Positions 60,906-64,000 of a stretch of 64,000 nucleotides of DNA are shown here, piece by piece. Under the pieces are notes generated by a model. It saw only the letters and a program-made list of their open reading frames with translations. It did no database searches and was not told the DNA's origin. A program made the translations under genes and the position numbers. The stretch is from Lama guanicoe (Eukaryota): NCBI GenBank assembly GCA_013239625.1, contig MU054693.1, forward strand, positions 248,001-312,000, in the 5' to 3' direction. The number at the start of each line of letters is the position of its first letter. Position 1 is the first letter of the stretch.

Positions 60906-62774
60906 AAAATGGCATTCAGTGAAGTCTGGGGCCCTCTTGGGAGGGGGGCGTTCTTCCTCCTCAGAAACTGGCCGCCCCGATGCAGAGAGAGAGTGAACGG
61001 GCACCTGAAGGGGGCCTGGAGGGCGGGGAGGAAGATGGTGCAGAAACTGGGTGGAGGCTGAGACAGGCTGCAGACCACGCACCAGCAGAGCCTCTCCCGC
61101 CCGCTTTCCGGAGGAGCGTTTCGTGAGCAAGAGGCTGATGACAGGGACAGGGGCCTGGGGCTGCAGAGGTGGCCCCGAGACTCCCGACCCTCACTCAGGT
61201 GCACCAGCCTGCCTCTCCCGCACCCCTTTCTGGGCACCCCTGGGCTGCCCACTCCTCGGCCCTGTCCCCCCAGCTGCGCCCCCGACTGCAGCCCCGTCAC
61301 TCTCCTGCAGTGGCTCCCAGGGCCCTGGGGTCCAGCCCAGAGTGTCCTGCCTGGCATCTGGCCCCACCTCCTCCCACCTCCGCCTTCACAGACTGTGCTC
61401 CAGGCGTTAGGCTGCTCTGAGACCCTTGTCCTCCTGCCCCCGAGCCCTCATACGAGCTTTCCCTCAACCTGGCCAGGCCTTCCCAGCCTCAGGCTCTGGG
61501 TGCAGTCTCCCTTGCTCTCCCCTCCCCCACATGCCGGGGTGGGAGAGGGGTGTTTGCAGTCTCGGAACACCCCACCCGCCATGTGCAGGACATCACAGCA
61601 TTGTCCTGTGTCCACAGGGACTGAAAGGCAGGGACCAAGTGAGTCCCCCGTGTGTTCCAGCACCTCTTTACTGACTGAAGGAGGAGCCCTGAGTCCACCT
61701 CTCACTCCAACCTTAGTGTCCACCCTATAAGCCCTCCATTTGTCCCTTTGCCCCTCCAGCAGATGACTGGTGCCACGTATGGAGGGATTTAGACACAGGG
61801 ACACAGAGTTTGTCCTAAGCGTGGCCTGGAGTGATGTGGTTGATGCAGATGGATCGGACCCAAGCAGGGGCTCCCCAGCTCCCTGGAGGGGCCCGAGGGG
61901 GCCAGCATCTCTGCCTGGACTCAGAGTGAAACGAGGAGCCACCTCTGCCGTCAGTGGACGTGGTCTTGGAGGGTTTCTCCACGCCCCGTGAGTGCTCAGC
62001 ACAGCGGCCCACTCCCTGTCTGAGCTCCTTTTCCAGAAGAGGCCAAGAGAGGGCAGGAAGAGCACTGTGCACGCTTGGGACTGCCCTTGATTTCCTGAGA
62101 GGAAGCAGACAGAGGAGCCTAGCCATTGACTCACCCCTCATCTGCTCCCGGGGTTCTCCCTGGCGACGTCTCCTCCCCCAGGCGGTTCCCCCAAACACAC
62201 ACTGATGGCTCACCTGCGACCTACCGCGTCTCCGCCTGGAGCTCGTGCTCCCCCCGCTGCAGCCCTGGGCGTCCCTGCCCTCCAGCGCCCCGAGGAACCG
62301 TGGGTGGTTCTCTGACTGTCACCGAGCAAGATCTTGCTCGGCCAATTTCAAGGGGTTAATGGGAGGGCTGAGTGGAATTTACTTAAAACATCAGCTGCAC
62401 TTAAAATAGCCCTTCCAGGCGTTTAGTGGCAAAGCCCTTCGATCCCCCATCCATGTCCTTTCTCACTGTTATTAAATACCAAGATATTCTGGTCCGAGTT
62501 CCAACTCCCCCAAGCCCTGATTCACGCGGTGGTGCGAGCCGAGGAGTAGGAGACATCGTCACCTGCCACCCGTGAACTTGGATGGGCGGTGACACGGATG
62601 AGTGTACCAGCAGGCGGCTGGCATTTGGGCTCAGGAACAACTCCGGCTGCAGACATCGCCAGCGTCCCAAGTTAAACCATCGGAAGCTGCGCATGTGACC
62701 AGTGATGTTACCTCCCGTTTAAACCACTTCTTTCTTGGATTTTCTTTTTCTTGCCTCAATTTACACGCATTTCT

Positions 62775-62874
62775 TTCTTTTTCTTTTTTTTTTAATGTAA
62801 TTTTCCCCCTTAACGGCAGCACTGGGCATTGAACCCAAGCAGGCACTCTACCACTGAGCTCTAACCCCCACCTC
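62775..62874 (-). mobile_element. Internally deleted tRNA-derived SINE (Vic-1-like)
   Basis: Reverse complement reads AGCTCAGTGGTAGAGTGCCTGCTTGGGTTCAATGCCCAG plus an A-rich tail; 18-bp TSD caatttacacgcatttct (62757-62774) / caattcacatgcatttct (62875-62892). Confidence 0.8.
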
Positions 62875-63574
62875 CAATTCACATGCATTTCTAACGCCGG
62901 TTCTGGCTCCTGGACTATCAGAGTTTCAGCCACTTTGAGGGCAGGTGCTCCGAGCCCTCCTCTCCCAGGCAGGACTTTTTATCTGCTCTTTGGACATCTT
63001 ACCTTATTTTGGCCTCTGGTTTTTCATTTCTGCCCAGTTTTGAACTTAACTACTTGTCTTCCAACCTGCTATTCGAGTTGGGATAAGCATAATAATAATA
63101 ACGGTGTAAAGGGACACGGGGGCAGCGCCACGCGGTGGGGGTCCTGGAAGTGGGCGCTGAGACGGGGCGCAGAACGCTTGTTAGCCGTCAGCACCTGCGC
63201 AGGGGAGCGGGCGGAAGCAGGACCGGGCAGCGGGCAGGGCTGGACAGCGGCATGGCCCCTGTGAGGCCTCGGCCAGCCCAGCGGGGAGCTTGGATGAGCA
63301 CTGTCTGTCCAAGTGTCCCGCGTTGGACCAGCCAGACCCCTACGCCTGCCTGTCTCAGTCACTGGATGCCAAGCGTCCCCGAGGACATGGGGAAGGCAGG
63401 TCTCTGCAGCGCAGGCCCCCCTGAAGGAGCTGAGAGATGGGGCCCCTCTGGTGACCGCACTGCTGCGGCTGGGTAGCAGGTCCTTCCTGAAGTTGCGGTG
63501 GGCAGCACCTCTCCGCGTCCGCCACAAGCCCTTCATCGGCGTGATCCAGCTTTGCCTCCACAACAGAACCCTGA

Positions 63575-63695
63575 GGTGCTTTTGCCAGTGAGGCAGCAGG
63601 CTCAGAGAGGTTAAGTCACTCACCCGAGGTCACAGAGCTTGCATGTGACTGCACAGCTTCCTGGCTGCAGAGCCCAAGTTCGTAACCACCACCAG
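63575..63695 (-). mobile_element. MIR SINE
   Basis: aggctcagagaggttaagtcactcacccgaggtcacagag. Confidence 0.8.
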
Positions 63696-64000
63696 GCTGC
63701 CTCTCAGGCTGAATAGTAAGATTTTAGAGACGAAATGGAGAGGACCGGCCCTCTCCTATCCTAAGGAGCAGACACCTAAGACGTGGCCTGTCTGATTGCC
63801 CAGCTCCCTCCTGGGAGAGAGGTTGCCGTGTTCTGAGTCTCCCTGTGCGCAGATCAGGCCAGCCGGTGACCCCCCTTCCCTCCTGGTTCGCGTCTTTATT
63901 CCGCAGCGAAGCTGGGATGCTTGGTTTTGGTTCCTCCCTGCTGGATGACTCCTAGGGCAGATGGCTTGTGGGTCTTTGTCTTGTCTCTTGGTTCCAGACC

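Noticed and set aside
1-64000. CRISPR array, operon, prophage, rRNA or another novel multi-gene system
   Set aside because: Eukaryotic intron/intergenic DNA; I saw no regularly spaced repeat-spacer array, long coding block or foreign-composition insert.

Overview
Mammalian genomic DNA, most likely camelid (alpaca/llama/camel): it carries a Vic-1-like tRNA-derived SINE and a camelid-type L1 3' end. The window holds the 3' half of MED27 (Mediator subunit 27) on the + strand. Four spliced coding exons (16813-16920, 26299-26340, 44633-44710, 46820-46954; all phase 0, GT-AG) join into the C-terminal 120 aa (VTLGKVLKVIVV...FHDTCRQ*), followed by a ~0.4 kb 3' UTR with AATAAA at 47327. The remainder is intronic (1-46.8 kb) or downstream intergenic (47.4-64 kb) DNA. 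It contains old interspersed repeats (L2, MIR, L1M, MLT1, MER5A/MER112) and several repeat-free, AT-rich, homeodomain/GATA-motif-dense blocks that look like conserved enhancers. Apart from two ORFs that overlap MED27 exons in frame, the supplied ORFs look like noise. I do not see a convincing novel multi-gene system. The best leads are splicing signals: a candidate 6-nt microexon or recursive splice site at 29321, paired Rbfox motifs before the 108-nt exon, and a strong orphan acceptor downstream of the gene. Repeat boundaries and subfamily names were judged by eye and are approximate.
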